A stretch of DNA of 64,000 nucleotides, from the NCBI RefSeq assembly GCF_037042905.1, contig NC_087251.1, positions 17,300,001-17,364,000 on the forward strand, in the 5' to 3' direction. The stretch is from Lytechinus pictus (lineage: Eukaryota). Each line of letters begins with the position of its first letter. The stretch's first letter is position 1. Made by a program: the position numbers and the translations under genes. Below are positions 13,979 to 26,748 of this stretch, one piece after another. Under the pieces are notes generated by a model, which saw only the letters and a list, made by a program, of their open reading frames with translations, did no database searches and had not been told where the DNA came from.

Positions 13979-15409
13979 TTAAGGACATTGATGACATGTT
14001 ATCTTATTAAGCAACTACACCAAGGACTGCTCCCATTAAATGGTTACAACAAACTATAAGTTATAAAGATTCTGCTTTTAGTCTTTATAATAAATATATG
14101 GATTGCTATGAGAAGCAGATACAGGCTTGAGCTAGTTTTGACTCCAGGCAATACTAAAGAGCTCACAGAAATAACAAAAACAGTCCATATTTCTTTTTGT
14201 TTGCCAGGAAAAAATTGGAAGGTTGTCTTTTATGAAATCATATGGGAAGGTACCAGTACTCACTCTAGCATATATTCAACTTTGAAACTACCTCTATCAT
14301 CCTGTTCAATAAAGAAAATAATATATATGTGCTTTAGGGAACCAAGGTACCTCAAATTGGCATTCATTAATGGTTTGATACATATCTATTGAGTGTATCT
14401 TACTGTTTGTATTCTGCTCTGTTGTGTGCCTTCCTATACGAGTTCCGTATCAGACTTTAACATTAAACCAGTCTTGTCTGCCTGAGCCCCCCCCCCCCAC
14501 TCCTTACAAGTTAATTTTCTCACCTTTTGTCTTCCTACTTGGTAGGAGACAACAAATGGTTGCTGTCTATATTTTTGGTAGCAACTTACAACAAAAATCT
14601 ACTTTAGGTCCAGTCAAATGCTACCATATTAAAGCTTATGCCACACAATTGCTTATATATAGAGTGCAGTGAGCATAAAAAGGGGTAAGCACAATCATCA
14701 AATTAAATGAACCTGCTACTTTCTCAAGATATATGAAATATGACTAGTTACACTTTCGGATAAATTGAGAAAACATTGATTGTAAATGAAAAAAAATTGA
14801 TTTTTCACTGACAACTGTTGTAAATCACAAAAATATTTACATAGATTGGCTTTGTATAAATTAGATGAAAGTTCTATTTCAACATTATTTACTTCATGGA
14901 AACATTCCCCATATTTCATTCTCCAACTAACGAAAGGACTTTAAGTTACTTTGTTTTCTCTCATTTACAACACATTGCATGAATATTGGCTATTTGCTCA
15001 ATGAAGGTTCTTTTAAAATGTCAAGTATATTTTACAGCAACTACATGTATATTAAAATTTCTAGTAAAATAGTATATTATTTCCAGATATGAGCAAGAAA
15101 ATACTCTACTCACTCTTGGTAAGACACATTTGGTCTTTACAGGGACATAGATAAACCTTGTCACTTCCTGTCAACCATACTTTGATTAATCTAATTCTGA
15201 TGTACTGAAATCATTACATGCCAAGAATCATTTCTAGAATACATGAACAAGTTTTGTGTACTGAGTACTTCACATTATTGATATTTATTGCATCTTGTGT
15301 GTGATTGTTTAAATAGGGATGGTTCAAATTGAAGGTACTTGATTCACACCTTATTTTAATGTCATTCAAGAATAAGTCAATGACACAGAGAACAGATATC
15401 TAACATTAA

Positions 15410-15931
15410 AGGTCAAGTTCACCTCAGAAAAAAAACTGTTTGAATCAACAGAGAAAAGTCAGACAAGTGTAATGCTGAAAATTTCATCAAAATCGGATGT
15501 AAAATAAGAAAGTTATGACATTTTGAAATTTCGCTTATTTTTTGCAAAATAGTTATATGCACAATTTAGTCACATGCATATGAGAGAATCAATGATGTCC
15601 CTCACTCACTATTTTTTTTATTATTTGAATTATACAATATTTCAATTTTTACAGATTTGACAATGAGGACCAGCTTGACTTAACCATATGTTAAGCAATT
15701 AATATTTCAAATAATAAAATACAAAAGAAAAAGTGAGTGAGTGATGTCATCAGTTCCTTCATTTGCATACTGACCAGGATGTGCATATAACTAAATGTGA
15801 AATTAAGCAAAACTTAAAAATGTCATAACTTTCTTATTTTACATCCGAGTTTGATGAAATTTTCAGTGTTATGCTCGTTGATTTTTTCTCTTTTTATTCA
15901 AATCAACTTTTTGTTGGGGTGGACTTGTCCT
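15410..15931. mobile_element. TTAA-flanked MITE (Kolobok-like AGG...CCT termini), family copy 1
   Basis: TTAA on both sides and long imperfect TIRs; same family at 28713-29300 and 27267-27858. Confidence 0.85.
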
Positions 15932-17857
15932 TTAATGTACATGTACATGTACAATGCTAGGTATGGATGATTTTAGCGTGAACTACCAAATTTTTTATAG
16001 ACATGGACAGTACAACGAAGCTAAACAGCAAAGCTGTGTAACGTTCTATGTGTTCTACAAATCTAATAGGTTATCATGAAGCAGGGGCAGCATCAGGATA
16101 TTTTTATTGGAGATGGGTGAGGGAGGGTGAAATAATTTTGTTTTCATTTGAAAAATAGGGGAAGTCAACCTAGGTTTGTCATTTTATACTCTTTTTTTTC
16201 TCCACTAATTGAAGTCAAGGGGGGGGGGGGGTGGTTGCACCCCTTACCCCTGAGGCACTGTCCCTGTCATAAGGCAACATAAAATGTCACAATGGTAGGA
16301 AACTCATTTTTTGTTCCTTGGATGCAAACAAATTGCATACAAATCAAATTCTCTAGAGATTAAAGTTGTGGGACGATGGAAACTCAAATCTTTTCCATGA
16401 TGTTTAGGAAGAAAATCAGTACAAACTCGCCCATTGCAACAGATTGTTCTTCAAACACACTCACATTCAAAATATAAATACTTGCAGTGTAGCACTCAAT
16501 ATCTGTGTGTGGTACATGTCACCTTTGGAAGAATTGTTATCATTTTGGCGATTCCATTGCTTTACAATGAACCCCATTTCTTAGGTGCATTATGAACATC
16601 CTTTCAAAGTCAATCTGAGACTGATATTTTAATTGATTCACAACCATGACTAAAGTTTATTTATTTATAAGAGCAAGTGCAACTTTGATAGTTGTGCTCG
16701 TAAATCCATGAAATCATGTTACACCTCATAACTCACGGCCACATAAAATAATTGACATCATTAGTTTGTCTAGACAACTTTTAAGTAATTTCATGAGACT
16801 AGAAGCATAAAGTGCATGTTTTCAACCTTAGTTGAACAATTTGTCTTACCGTGTACCTCAAACACTAAAACGATATTGCTGAAATTTGTTGCAGCTCTGT
16901 TGAGCATTAATTTACAGGAGTTATTTTTACATACTATACAATTTGTCTATGACCATGCAGGGCATGCTTATTTTCATGTTGTGAAGATGGTATACTATCT
17001 AAGTTATTTATTCTATTATCGGACATGAATTGTTTATTAAGCTGTGATCCATATTTATGAATAGTAGGGGTTTTATTCTGTCTTCACAAGTTGATTCATT
17101 TTTGATCTGGTTGGAATAAAGGAGGAAGAGAGGAGATATTTTATTTTCTGTTTCTTCGTTCAATTTTTCAATGTCCTTATGTATCATATGGAGTGTATTT
17201 GACCTTCAACTCTCTCACTGATGGCCTGGATGAAAAGTCAATTTTACATATTACAAGTTAGTGGCTCATCATTGCATATGCTTTTGTCCCTGAATCAGTA
17301 ATTTTTCAAAAGTCAATTTAAAATGCAATTAATTTGAGTGGCTTCATGTTTTAATTCTACATTTCACAGAATATCTTTTCTGCTCTCAGTTTGTATTTGA
17401 GATATGCAAATTCCCTATTCTTCATAGATCTAGTTGCTAGTCAGAACATGGAAACAGGGTCATTAATACCTTGGTCACATTTGCTACGGCCGCCGTAGAT
17501 TCTAAAATTTCTACGGCGAGTAGCAATTCTACAGTCGCCTCAGAATTTCCACGGCCACTTACTCTAGTGGTCACATATGTTACGGTCGCCGCATGGCGTA
17601 TTTTTTAATTTATGGAGAAAAAAATCTGCGGCTGACGTATGTCCTTGAAATCATGACGTACGGTCGCCCTAGGGCGACCCTGCGCTGGCCGTAGGTTTTT
17701 GACAAATACTACGGCAGACGCGAGGTGGCCGCAAGGCACCCTCACGGCGGCCGCAGGGGAACTATACAGTGAGTATACCATGAATTGCTTGTCACACTTA
17801 TGATATTTTACATTAGACATTTCATTTCAGAAAGTTTTCAAAGTGTCGCACCATGCC

Positions 17858-19013
17858 CATGCGCGTATTCTGGGTGGGAGGGAGGGGGGTTCGGGGCCCA
17901 GGCCCCCGGGTAGGCGAAAAGGGGGCGCCAAAAAGAGGGAGGAAAGAAAGGGAAAGAAAAGGGAGATAAAAAAGGAGGGGGAAAGAAGAGAAAGAGAAAA
18001 GGGAGAAAAGAAAGAGAGAAGGAAACAAGAAGAAGAGAAAAGGGGAGAAGAGAAAAGGGGGAATAATAAAAGTGGGGGGGGGGGGGCAAATTGATGTTCG
18101 ACCTAGGAAGGGGGGGGGGTCGCCAAATTAATGTTTGACACTGATCTGAATATTATACGATCAGTAATGTTCGACCTAGGAAGGGAGGGGGGGGGGGGCA
18201 AATCGACCTTTGGGTGATTCGCGCTCGCATCGAATGATTAGTTAGATGGACATCCTGTTAATGATTACCTAAATTGCGTAGAATGTCTAGTTTTGGAACG
18301 AAATATAAAATAGGTTCAGCTCACGGATCGAATAATTTTTAAGTGCCCATCCTGTTCATGATTACCAATAATGCTTAGAATTTCCAAACTTTGGGTCATT
18401 TTGGAATATAGACAATTTTCAGCTCGCCCTGACAGATAGAGAGATACCCAACCTGCTCATGCTTACAAAACTTCTCAGAATATTCTATTTTCAGGTCTAT
18501 ACAGAAGCTATCAAAAATCGCGTTCGCATTATTTATCTGGACTTATGAAATAAATCTCCCTTAACCATGCTAATTTGTTTGTATGAATAAAGTTAAGATG
18601 TTAATAAACGCTTTAGTCTTAAGTAAGAACTACACCCTAGGAAACAACAAAAATCAGCATTTAACTCCCCATGATAATACTAATAATAATGATAATAACG
18701 TCATATTTTACCCAAGTTAGCCGCTGGTGAAAGGGCAATATCTGTGCTTCCTGGTCACATTTGTTCTTTAAAAAAAAGTGGTATTACACCATATTCATGG
18801 ATAGATTACTTTTTATCAAGTCATCATTCAAAAAGTGCCTGGTCTGCAGTTGCCCTTTTTCATGAGATTATGAAATAAGATAATTCAACATGCATTTAAG
18901 ACACCTGTTTGCCTGACGAGGAGGGGTCGCCATTTTTTCTGAAAAGTACACATGCATATGGGCCAAAATTATAGGTAGGGCCCCCGAGGTGCAAAATTCT
19001 AAATACGCGCCTG
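17858..19013. mobile_element. Nested TIR element with a purine-rich tract (hAT-MITE-like)
   Basis: catgcgcgtatt ... aatacgcgcctg termini; no clear TSD. Confidence 0.5.
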
Positions 19014-19691
19014 GTGGCTCCCGAGCAGATAACACAAAAGGAGAAGGGGAAAGGAGGGAAGAAAAACACGAGGGCAGCCGCACGGCCACCGTACGCTCGA
19101 CGTACGGCCGCCGTAGACCGTTCTACGCCATGCCTACGGCTAGTCTAATTTCTACGGCGAGCGTAGAAAAGAAAAAATGTTATAACTCCGCGTTAAAATT
19201 CTGCGGCCACCCCTACGGCCTGTAAAAAGTAAGAATCCGCCGTACGTCGACCCTGCGGCCACCGCAGATTTTCTGCGGCCGCCGCAGAAATTTATCGAAT
19301 TCAGGTATCTACGGCCGCCGTAGAGCAAATAGTCCAGTCAATCTAGCCAGAATAGGGGGGTAACCCACCACTAATTGCAACACGAGATATTCCACTGAAA
19401 TGCTTTCCAGGAAGGTCCCCTAAACAACATACTAAAAGTCCCAAGAAATCCAAGCAGTGGAAATTTATGAAATTTTCATATTATGCAAATTAGCCATGAA
19501 AAATTAGAAAAAGAAGGGAAATAATCCAAATATTATAAAATAAATGTCCAAAACAATTTAATTTGAATGGAAATTCATGATAAATAACTGAATTCAATGT
19601 TTTTAATCAAAAGTGCAAAAAATTCTACCTCATTTGCATATTATGCAAATAAGCATTCTTATATGAAAAAATTCAAGATATTGTGATTTTT

Positions 19692-20674
19692 GTCTCACCT
19701 GCATAGCAGAGTGAGACTATAGGCGCCGCTTTTCCGACGGCGGCGGCGACGGCGGCGGCGGCGGCGGCGGCGACGGCGGCGGCGGCGTCAACACCAAATC
19801 TTAACCTTAGGTTAAGTTTTTGAAATGACAGCATAACTTAGAAAGAATATGGACCTAGTTCATGAAACTTGGCCATAAGGTTAATCAAGTATTACTGAAC
19901 ATCCTGCCTGAGTTTCATGTCACATGACCAAGGTCAAAGGTCATTTAGGGTCAATGAACTTAGACCATGTTCGGGGAATCAACATCAAAATCTTAACCTA
20001 AGGTTAAGTTTTTGAAATGTCATCATAACTTAGAAAATATATGGACCTAGTTCATGAAACTTATACATAAGGTTAATCAAGTATCACTGAACATCCTGCA
20101 TGAGTTTCACGTCACATGACCAAGGTCAAAGGTCATTTAGGGTCAATGAACTTTGGCCGAATTGGGGGTATCTGTTGAATTACCATCATAACTTTGAAAG
20201 TTTATGGATCTGATTCATGAAACTTGGACATAATAGTAATCAAGTATTACTGAACATCCTGTGTAAGTTTCAGGTCACATGATCAAGGTCAAAGGTCATT
20301 TAGGGTCAATGAACTTTGGCCAAATTGGGGTATTTGTTGAATTACAGCCATAAATTTGAAAGTGTGTTGGTCTAGTTCATAAAACTTGGACATAATAGTA
20401 ATCAAGTATCACTGAACATCCTGTGCGAGTTTCAGGTCACATGATCAAGGTCAAAGGTCATGTAAGGTCAAAGAACTTTTGCCACGTTGGGGGTATTTGT
20501 TGAATTGCCATCATATCTCTATAAGTGTATTGGTCTAGTTCATAAAACGTGGAAATAAGAGTAACCAAGTATCACTGAACATCTTGTGCGAGTTATAGTA
20601 GTTTTCAAAATCAGCACTGCTGCTATATTGAATCGCGTGATGCAGGTGAGACGGCCAGAGGCATTCCACTTGTT
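19692..20674 (+). mobile_element. Helentron/DINE-1-like non-autonomous element with a (GGC)n microsatellite and about 160-190-bp tandem core repeats
   Basis: Inserted in a T-run; subterminal IR gtctcacctgca/tgcaggtgagac; 5' hairpin gtctcac..gtgagac; GGC/GAC repeat 19735-19788; 4.5 tandem units. Confidence 0.72.
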
Positions 20675-21129
20675 CTCATATAGACTGCTTGAAAACATTT
20701 CATTAATGTTGACATTAATATGCTACTAAATCACTAAGCATGAGAATTCATCCCAATGCCTGAAAATTGATTTGCATATTATGCAAATTAGCCATTAAAA
20801 AAATATAAAATGAGGAAATTAATCCAAAGATTACAAATTAAATGTCCACAGCAAGTAATTTTGAACAAAAGTTCATGATGAATAATTATAAGTTCAATGT
20901 CTTTATTTAAAAAAAGCTAGAAAATCTGCCTCATTTGCATATTATGCAAATAAGTATCCTTATATGGAAAATGTCAAGAAATTTTGATTTTTATCACATT
21001 GACTGCAGTGAAAACATATCAGTTTTTCAAATTAATATGCTGCTATCACTAAGCATTCAAATCTATCATAATATGATTTATATTCAAGGAAAAATGCTGG
21101 AAATATGTTCTTCGCTTCCTAAGCCGCGT

Positions 21130-22190
21130 TGTTAGTCTGACAAGATGATGGATACGGCAAGAACAAAGCACAGTATTTGAACTGGTGTGTAGTTTGTTAG
21201 AGTTGACAACCTTGGATGGGAACGACTTATACTTTGTTGAAAATTCACCGTATAAACATGATAAAGGGAGGCCAGGAAAAGCAAACTTATGGCAGGTAAG
21301 ATCTGATGAGTAGTCTCATTAAGAAGTGTAGCAGAGATTCTGTCTGGCCTAATAGCTTCATGCAGGGTGTTTTCTTTAACAATTTCTTCAGTAGTCTGGC
21401 TACACCTGTTTGACTAAACAATATGTTGTCTGGCCATATCTGGGTCAGGACTGGGTCCCAGGACTTGTAGAGCAGCGTTACCATCATCATCATCATGATC
21501 AGTGGTGAATACTAAGACTAAAAATCTTTGCCTTCCTTTAATAATGCTATTCCAATGTAGTCATAGCTATTGATATTATGGGCTCCCAACATGCTAATTG
21601 TTACAGCCTGGATCATTGTCGATCCGGTCAACAAATTATGTATTATAGGCCTGTCTACAAACCCTCTTATGGTCCTCTTTAATGCATTGTAGCAATTCTG
21701 AGCTTTACCTTACTGATGCTCTTGGAGCTCTAAAATGTGCAAGCCTTCCTAGCCTTTCTCTAAAACTCTTGACATCTTCCGACACAACTTATGTCCATTG
21801 TCCATTGAGGAAACTTGTGTCGGAAGAAGACATGGTTAACGGTGTGTTCTTGTTAAAGTCCTCTTCATTGGCATTCAGTCTCCTATGCTCGACTTGTCGG
21901 ATTTCAGTACAGAGAGTTGTATGATTGTCCAAAGTACATCTGCATGACACTATTAAAGTCAGCATTCCTCCAGAAGAACATCCTTAGTCGTACCATAATT
22001 ACTAAAAGGTTTATTCCTCTGGATAACCTCACAGTATCCTGGAAGTGGTACACACTGTCTGATCAATGTTGGATGGTATTTGATGGTGATGTTAAGGGTG
22101 TTCCATTGTGTTGTGTCCTCTTGTTGGAAAGGCAATAATCTGGCTTAGTCCTCCATCTGGTTTGTTCATTGTCTCACTGAGGAATTTCTG
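21130..22190 (-). mobile_element. Degenerate CR1-clade LINE ORF2 fragment
   Basis: Minus-strand broken peptides IIAFPTRGHNT and LGPSPDPDM..ILFSQTGVARLLKKL..HEAIRPDRISATLLNETTHQILPAISLLFLASL match the endonuclease-RT linker of CR1-type LINEs. Confidence 0.7.
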
Positions 22191-22512
22191 TTTACCATAA
22201 ATATGAGGACATTAATATTATTATTTGCATACGATTTACTTAGAAACTATAGCTTTAATATTTGGAGATGGTTGCCATAGGAGATTTATCAAATAGGAAA
22301 GAACAGAAAATGGATTCAGCAAGAACGTCTAATCACGATTCCTGTATCTGAGAAAGATGCCTATAATGCACTTTAAGCCTTCATCATGAATTTATGAATG
22401 GCTTTCATCATGTTCATGTCGCTCGTATAGGCAAATGCCCATTGTTACTCTTATTAAGCATGCCCAGAGATCTTGTGATCCAAGCAAGTACTCATATTCA
22501 CCACCAAGACAA

Positions 22513-22990
22513 GTGATGATGATGATGATGATGGGTTCTTGCAAAGCGCCGGTATCCGCCTCAGCTGGGCGCTCATGGCGCTTGCTCAAAAATAGGGAAT
22601 ATCTCACAAATTTCAATGTCTTCAAACAGTGCTTAGGATCATCATTCAGTTCAAGTACTGTTCTAGTAATGCTACAATTGAGTTATTCTTGGGATAATGT
22701 TGGAGTGGGGAACAGAAAGGTACGACTCAAAACTGATTGGGTCTCTGCTCTCCTGATAAATTGGGGAAGGCTATTCCACAGCTTTGGTCCAGAGATGTAG
22801 AAGGCTCTGTCACCCCACGTTGTGTGGCTGAGAGATTCCCTCAGCAATGCTTGATCTGCTGATCTGAGACTGCGTGTTGGTCTTTGCTGAGATAAGAGCT
22901 CGATCTGATGTGTAGGGTGGAGATTTATCGTTAAGCGCTTTAAATACAAGGACCCCAAGTTTATAAGCTAAGTGGTGTGCTACAAGGACC
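22513..22990 (-). mobile_element. L2-clade LINE 3' end with (CAT)n tail
   Basis: YKLGVLVFKALND..P.Y, RSLRSADQ..WGDRAFYISGPKLWNSLP C-terminal motifs, a 3' stem-loop aagcgcc...ggcgctt and (CAT)n. Confidence 0.8.
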
Positions 22991-25438
22991 AAATATTCGA
23001 AGCTAACGGGCTTTTATTTGTACGGGTGTGACATCTTGTGCTAATCACTTGGCAATCCAGGAGCATGCTAGCGTGGACTATACTCGCAAGAAACGCAAAG
23101 TCTCTACAAATTCAAATAGAGAGCAAGACTTGGATGGAAATAATGAAGCATTCAAGCGGTGGGATCCATGTAGAATGGACTCATCATTGTACAATATGAG
23201 TGGGGTAACTGCTCGTGACAAAAGTCAATATCAACCAAGCAAGAAGTGTAGGGAAGGTCATCATGGTTAATACACATAATCTACATGAAATTTTAGAGGA
23301 AAGTATCACTATGTGTTTCCTTGAATATTTATAACATGTCGGATGCTTATTTGCATAATATGTAAATTACACTTCAGATATTAAGCTGATTATTAAAGTT
23401 TTTGCCATTATTAGTGATCACATCATATTGATCTAGACTGAAATGTTTTCATAACTGTTTTTGTGAGAAAGTCAAAATTTCTTGATTTTTTTTCCATATA
23501 AAAATGCTCATATATATGCAAATGAGGTAGATTTATTTACGATTTCTTATTTTAAAAATAACTAAATTTGTAAAACTTATCATGGGCTTCATTTCAATTC
23601 GTATTGTTTTCTGCACTTGATTTCCAATATTTGGATTATTTTCCTTATTCGTAATTTATTATGGCTAATTTGCATAAAATGCAAATTTTGTGATTTTCCT
23701 ATATGCTTGTATATTTAAGGACTTTTAATATGGTGTTTAGGAAACCTTCCTGTAATGTTTTGCCATATTCCAATTTCAATAGATAATCTACTTGCAATTT
23801 TTGAGGGATGTATCACCAGTGTGTTTTCTTGAATATTTATAACATGTTAGATACTTTTATTTGCATAATATGCAAATTACACTACAGACACTAAGCTGAA
23901 TGCAAATGTATTCAACGTCCTTAGTGATAGCAGCATGTAAATTTCAATATTAATGAAATTTTCAAGCAGTTAATGAGAGAAAAATCACAATACCTTGACA
24001 TTTTTCCATATAAGGATGCTTATTTGCATATTATGCAAATGAGGTAGATTTTTTTGCACTTTTGACAAAGAACATTGAATACAATTATTTATCATGGATT
24101 TTCGCTCAAATTACATTGTTTTGGACACTCAATTTGTAATCTTTGGGCTATTTTCCTTATTTTTCTAACTTTTTATGGCTAATTTGCATAATATGCAAAT
24201 TTCATAAATTTCCACTGCTTGGATTTCTTGGGACTTTTAGTATGTTGTTTAGGGGACCTTCCTTGAAATAATTGCAGTGGAATATCTCGTGTTGCAATTA
24301 GTGGTGGGTCAAACTCTATATTGACTGGACTAAAATGTGACCAAGGTATAAGTGTCACCAGTACTCACACCGAAAGGGGTTCATTGTTAGTAATGTTCAA
24401 TAAAGACTGCCAGTGATAAATGAAGAAGAGAGTCACAAGTCGTAAATGATTAAAGGGTTAAAAATAAGAAAAAACATGTGTCAGACCAGCAACCTCCTCA
24501 ACTTATGCATCGTGATCATTTTCTACCAAAATGCATAGAGATTTTCTATGAGCAGATCCCCTCTTTGATGAATATGAATAGCAATCCACTTCTGCCATAA
24601 CTAGCAACCCTGATATAATGGTCCTAATAATAAGCGACCCACAATTACTGATTATGAATAGCAGTCTTTATGATAAAAAAATCCTCATGGTAAATTGTGA
24701 ACAGTTCCTCTTAGTTCACATGGATGTCGGACTTACGGATAACGGTCTTTGTAAATTTTATCAATAGTGTCCCCTTTCTGTTTTATGACTAGTAAACCTG
24801 TACCCACGTACACTTCCTCACCACGTAACCACACAAACATTAAGAAAATGGGTGAATGCAACAGCTTAAAATTGTAGCAAATGACGAGCATGAAAAAAAA
24901 GGAAATGAACATTTAATAGCTTACTCGATGTTCACAGAACTTCATCGCAATGGTTGAAAAAGATAAAGGATATCAGGACAGGAGGACATGGTGTAATTTC
25001 TCTCGTGCTGCCCCTCTTTCTTCTGTCTCCTTTCCCCGTTTCTATTCTCTATTTTTCCCATACCAACCCAAGTCCCTTGACACTCTCATTCTCTTTCTAC
25101 ATTTTGTCTACGAGTCCCGCTTTCTTTCTGCACACCTCCCCCTCTCCCCTAGCTCCCCTTTCTCTCCCTCTCTCTTCCTCCCACCCCCCCTTCTCCCTCT
25201 CTCTCCTCAGGATTTCCTGTATCATGATCACCTTGTTAAAAAATTGAATTATGAACATTGCACCCGTGAAATAATGTTTTATTATTCAAAATTTATTGCA
25301 CAATATTCAATTGGAATCACAAAATAAGTACATCTCAACGGATCCATAAGTACATTATTTACCATCGAACCTATAATATGATAGCACAATTATCAATATT
25401 ATTTTTCAACATGGTGTACAACATTCGATAGATAATAT

Positions 25439-26585
25439 AGGTTTTCCCGTCCAACTTCATCGAAATTTCATCCGATTTAGTGATATAATCATTCAATGTG
25501 GGACGAATTTGAATGACCTATGAGATCAACATTTAAAGAGCCTAATAGTTTTATTGGCATGCTATTAAATGGTTATCTCACTCAAATGTGCAAAAACGGC
25601 GATCAAATTAAAATGACTCAAGAAGTGTTTTCAAATTGAGAACCGGCACCCTTTTTGCGCATGTTGAAGAATTCAAATTCTTGAATATGCAAACATTTTA
25701 CAGGATATAGGCACTGTTTTCGTTGTTTATGCCATTTTTACTATTTTTTAACATAATTATGCACATTCGATTTACTTGGAATTTAGATTTTTATCATAAA
25801 CCGAAATTTATCATTCCTCTGACAAACCTCATCGAAGCAACTTCGTTTTTTTTGTCGTTCCTCCGTGATAACTATAGATATAAATGTGCCCGATCAAATC
25901 CCTTCCACCGCATGATATGAATCACAATTATGTTTTTAAAAAGAGAAAAGAAGACGAATAAACAACAAAATCACCGAAGGTGACCACATACTGAAGAAAT
26001 TAGCCAATTATGAAATTACGTTATCAAAAATTGTGTTATTCATTTATGGATAAGAAAAATAATAGAAAGACAAAAGACTCCTGACGAAGAGCAAAGTTTA
26101 TGTGCTCGAAACGTCGAGAATAAAAGTTGTTTTCAGAGCTACTAGTACTATATCAGAAAGATAAACCAATTCCTTTTTAGGACTAACATACATATTGTTA
26201 CCGCAAAACTCTCCATTCAGTTAAAAGATCTTTTAAAGGTAATGTGACGTAATAAAAAAATCAGCACAGAAACATGATATCTGAATTCGGACGTTAAAAG
26301 TACAAAATTGTGTGCCTGTAGATGAAATTGAAGATGGTATTAAGGGTGAAAATGAACGACTATTCTGATGGCGCGAAATTAAATGATAGCTTTGAGTCGT
26401 TAATTAGAACATATTTCTCTCTAAATTGAGTTTTTACCAATTTTAACGGAATTATATTAAACTTTATTGAATGCTGAATAAATGAAAATGAACCATGGGT
26501 ACAGAGAGTTTATAAAAACCGCTCGAACTTGAACGCCCATTCATTAACTTAATTTCAACACTGATGAAATTCGACGGGAAAACCT
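25439..26585. mobile_element. Old TIR element (aggttttcccgtc...gacgggaaaacct) containing the Penelope remnant
   Basis: 13-bp perfect terminal IR extended by imperfect matches; TSD not resolved. Confidence 0.5.
26078..26118 (+). ncRNA. Minimal type-I hammerhead ribozyme motif of a Penelope-like retroelement LTR remnant
   Basis: ctc-CTGACGA-a-gagca[aagtttatg]tgctc-GAAA-cg-TC-gag-AATAAA: both core boxes, a 5-bp stem II, a short stem I (ctc/gag), a degenerate stem III and a poly(A) signal immediately downstream. Confidence 0.7.
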
Positions 26586-26588
26586 TGA

Positions 26589-26748
26589 TACCTCAGTCAC
26601 ATTTGCTCTACGGCGGCCGTACGGCGAGTCGAAAACGGCCGTTTTAACATTTTTTTTTGGTACCAGCTACATGTGGTTTGAATTAAATTTAATAACGACT
26701 GTTTTCGACTCGCCGAACGGCCGCCGTAGAGCAAACGTGATCGAGGTA
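26589..26748. mobile_element. 160-bp palindromic Harbinger-like MITE
   Basis: TGA TSD on both sides; TIR tacctcagtcacatttgctctacggcggccg related to 17467-24348. Confidence 0.85.

Larger units (their letters stand above)
19330..24332 (+). mobile_element. Degenerate Academ-like DNA transposon with long sub-repeated TIRs
   Basis: Termini TAGTCCAGTCAAT/ATTGACTGGACTA, 3-bp TSD AAA and TIR arms of several hundred bp. Stop- and frameshift-riddled transposase-like peptides at about 22240-22435 (KL*L*YLEMVAI..RFIK*ERTEN, EFMNGFH) and about 23030-23268 (AFKRWDP..DSSLYNMSGVTA..KVNINQARSVG) resemble Academ transposases as recalled from memory. Confidence 0.72.
17467..24348. mobile_element. Harbinger/PIF-like non-autonomous element hosting nested insertions
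   Basis: TAA target duplication (17464-66, 24349-51) and TIR taccttggtcacatttgct. The right TIR is split by the 19330-24332 insertion. A short relative lies at 26589-26748. Confidence 0.8.

Noticed and set aside
17822..18094. K/E/R-rich and F/L/S-rich ORFs (also 24950-25327 and 46371-46837)
   Set aside because: Purine/pyrimidine low-complexity tracts, mostly inside MITEs; no splice-consistent gene model.
4160..26118. Functional link between Angel (2',3'-cyclic phosphatase) and the hammerhead, whose cleavage leaves 2',3'-cyclic phosphate
   Set aside because: They are 17 kb apart in a TE-dense eukaryotic region; co-location is most likely chance.
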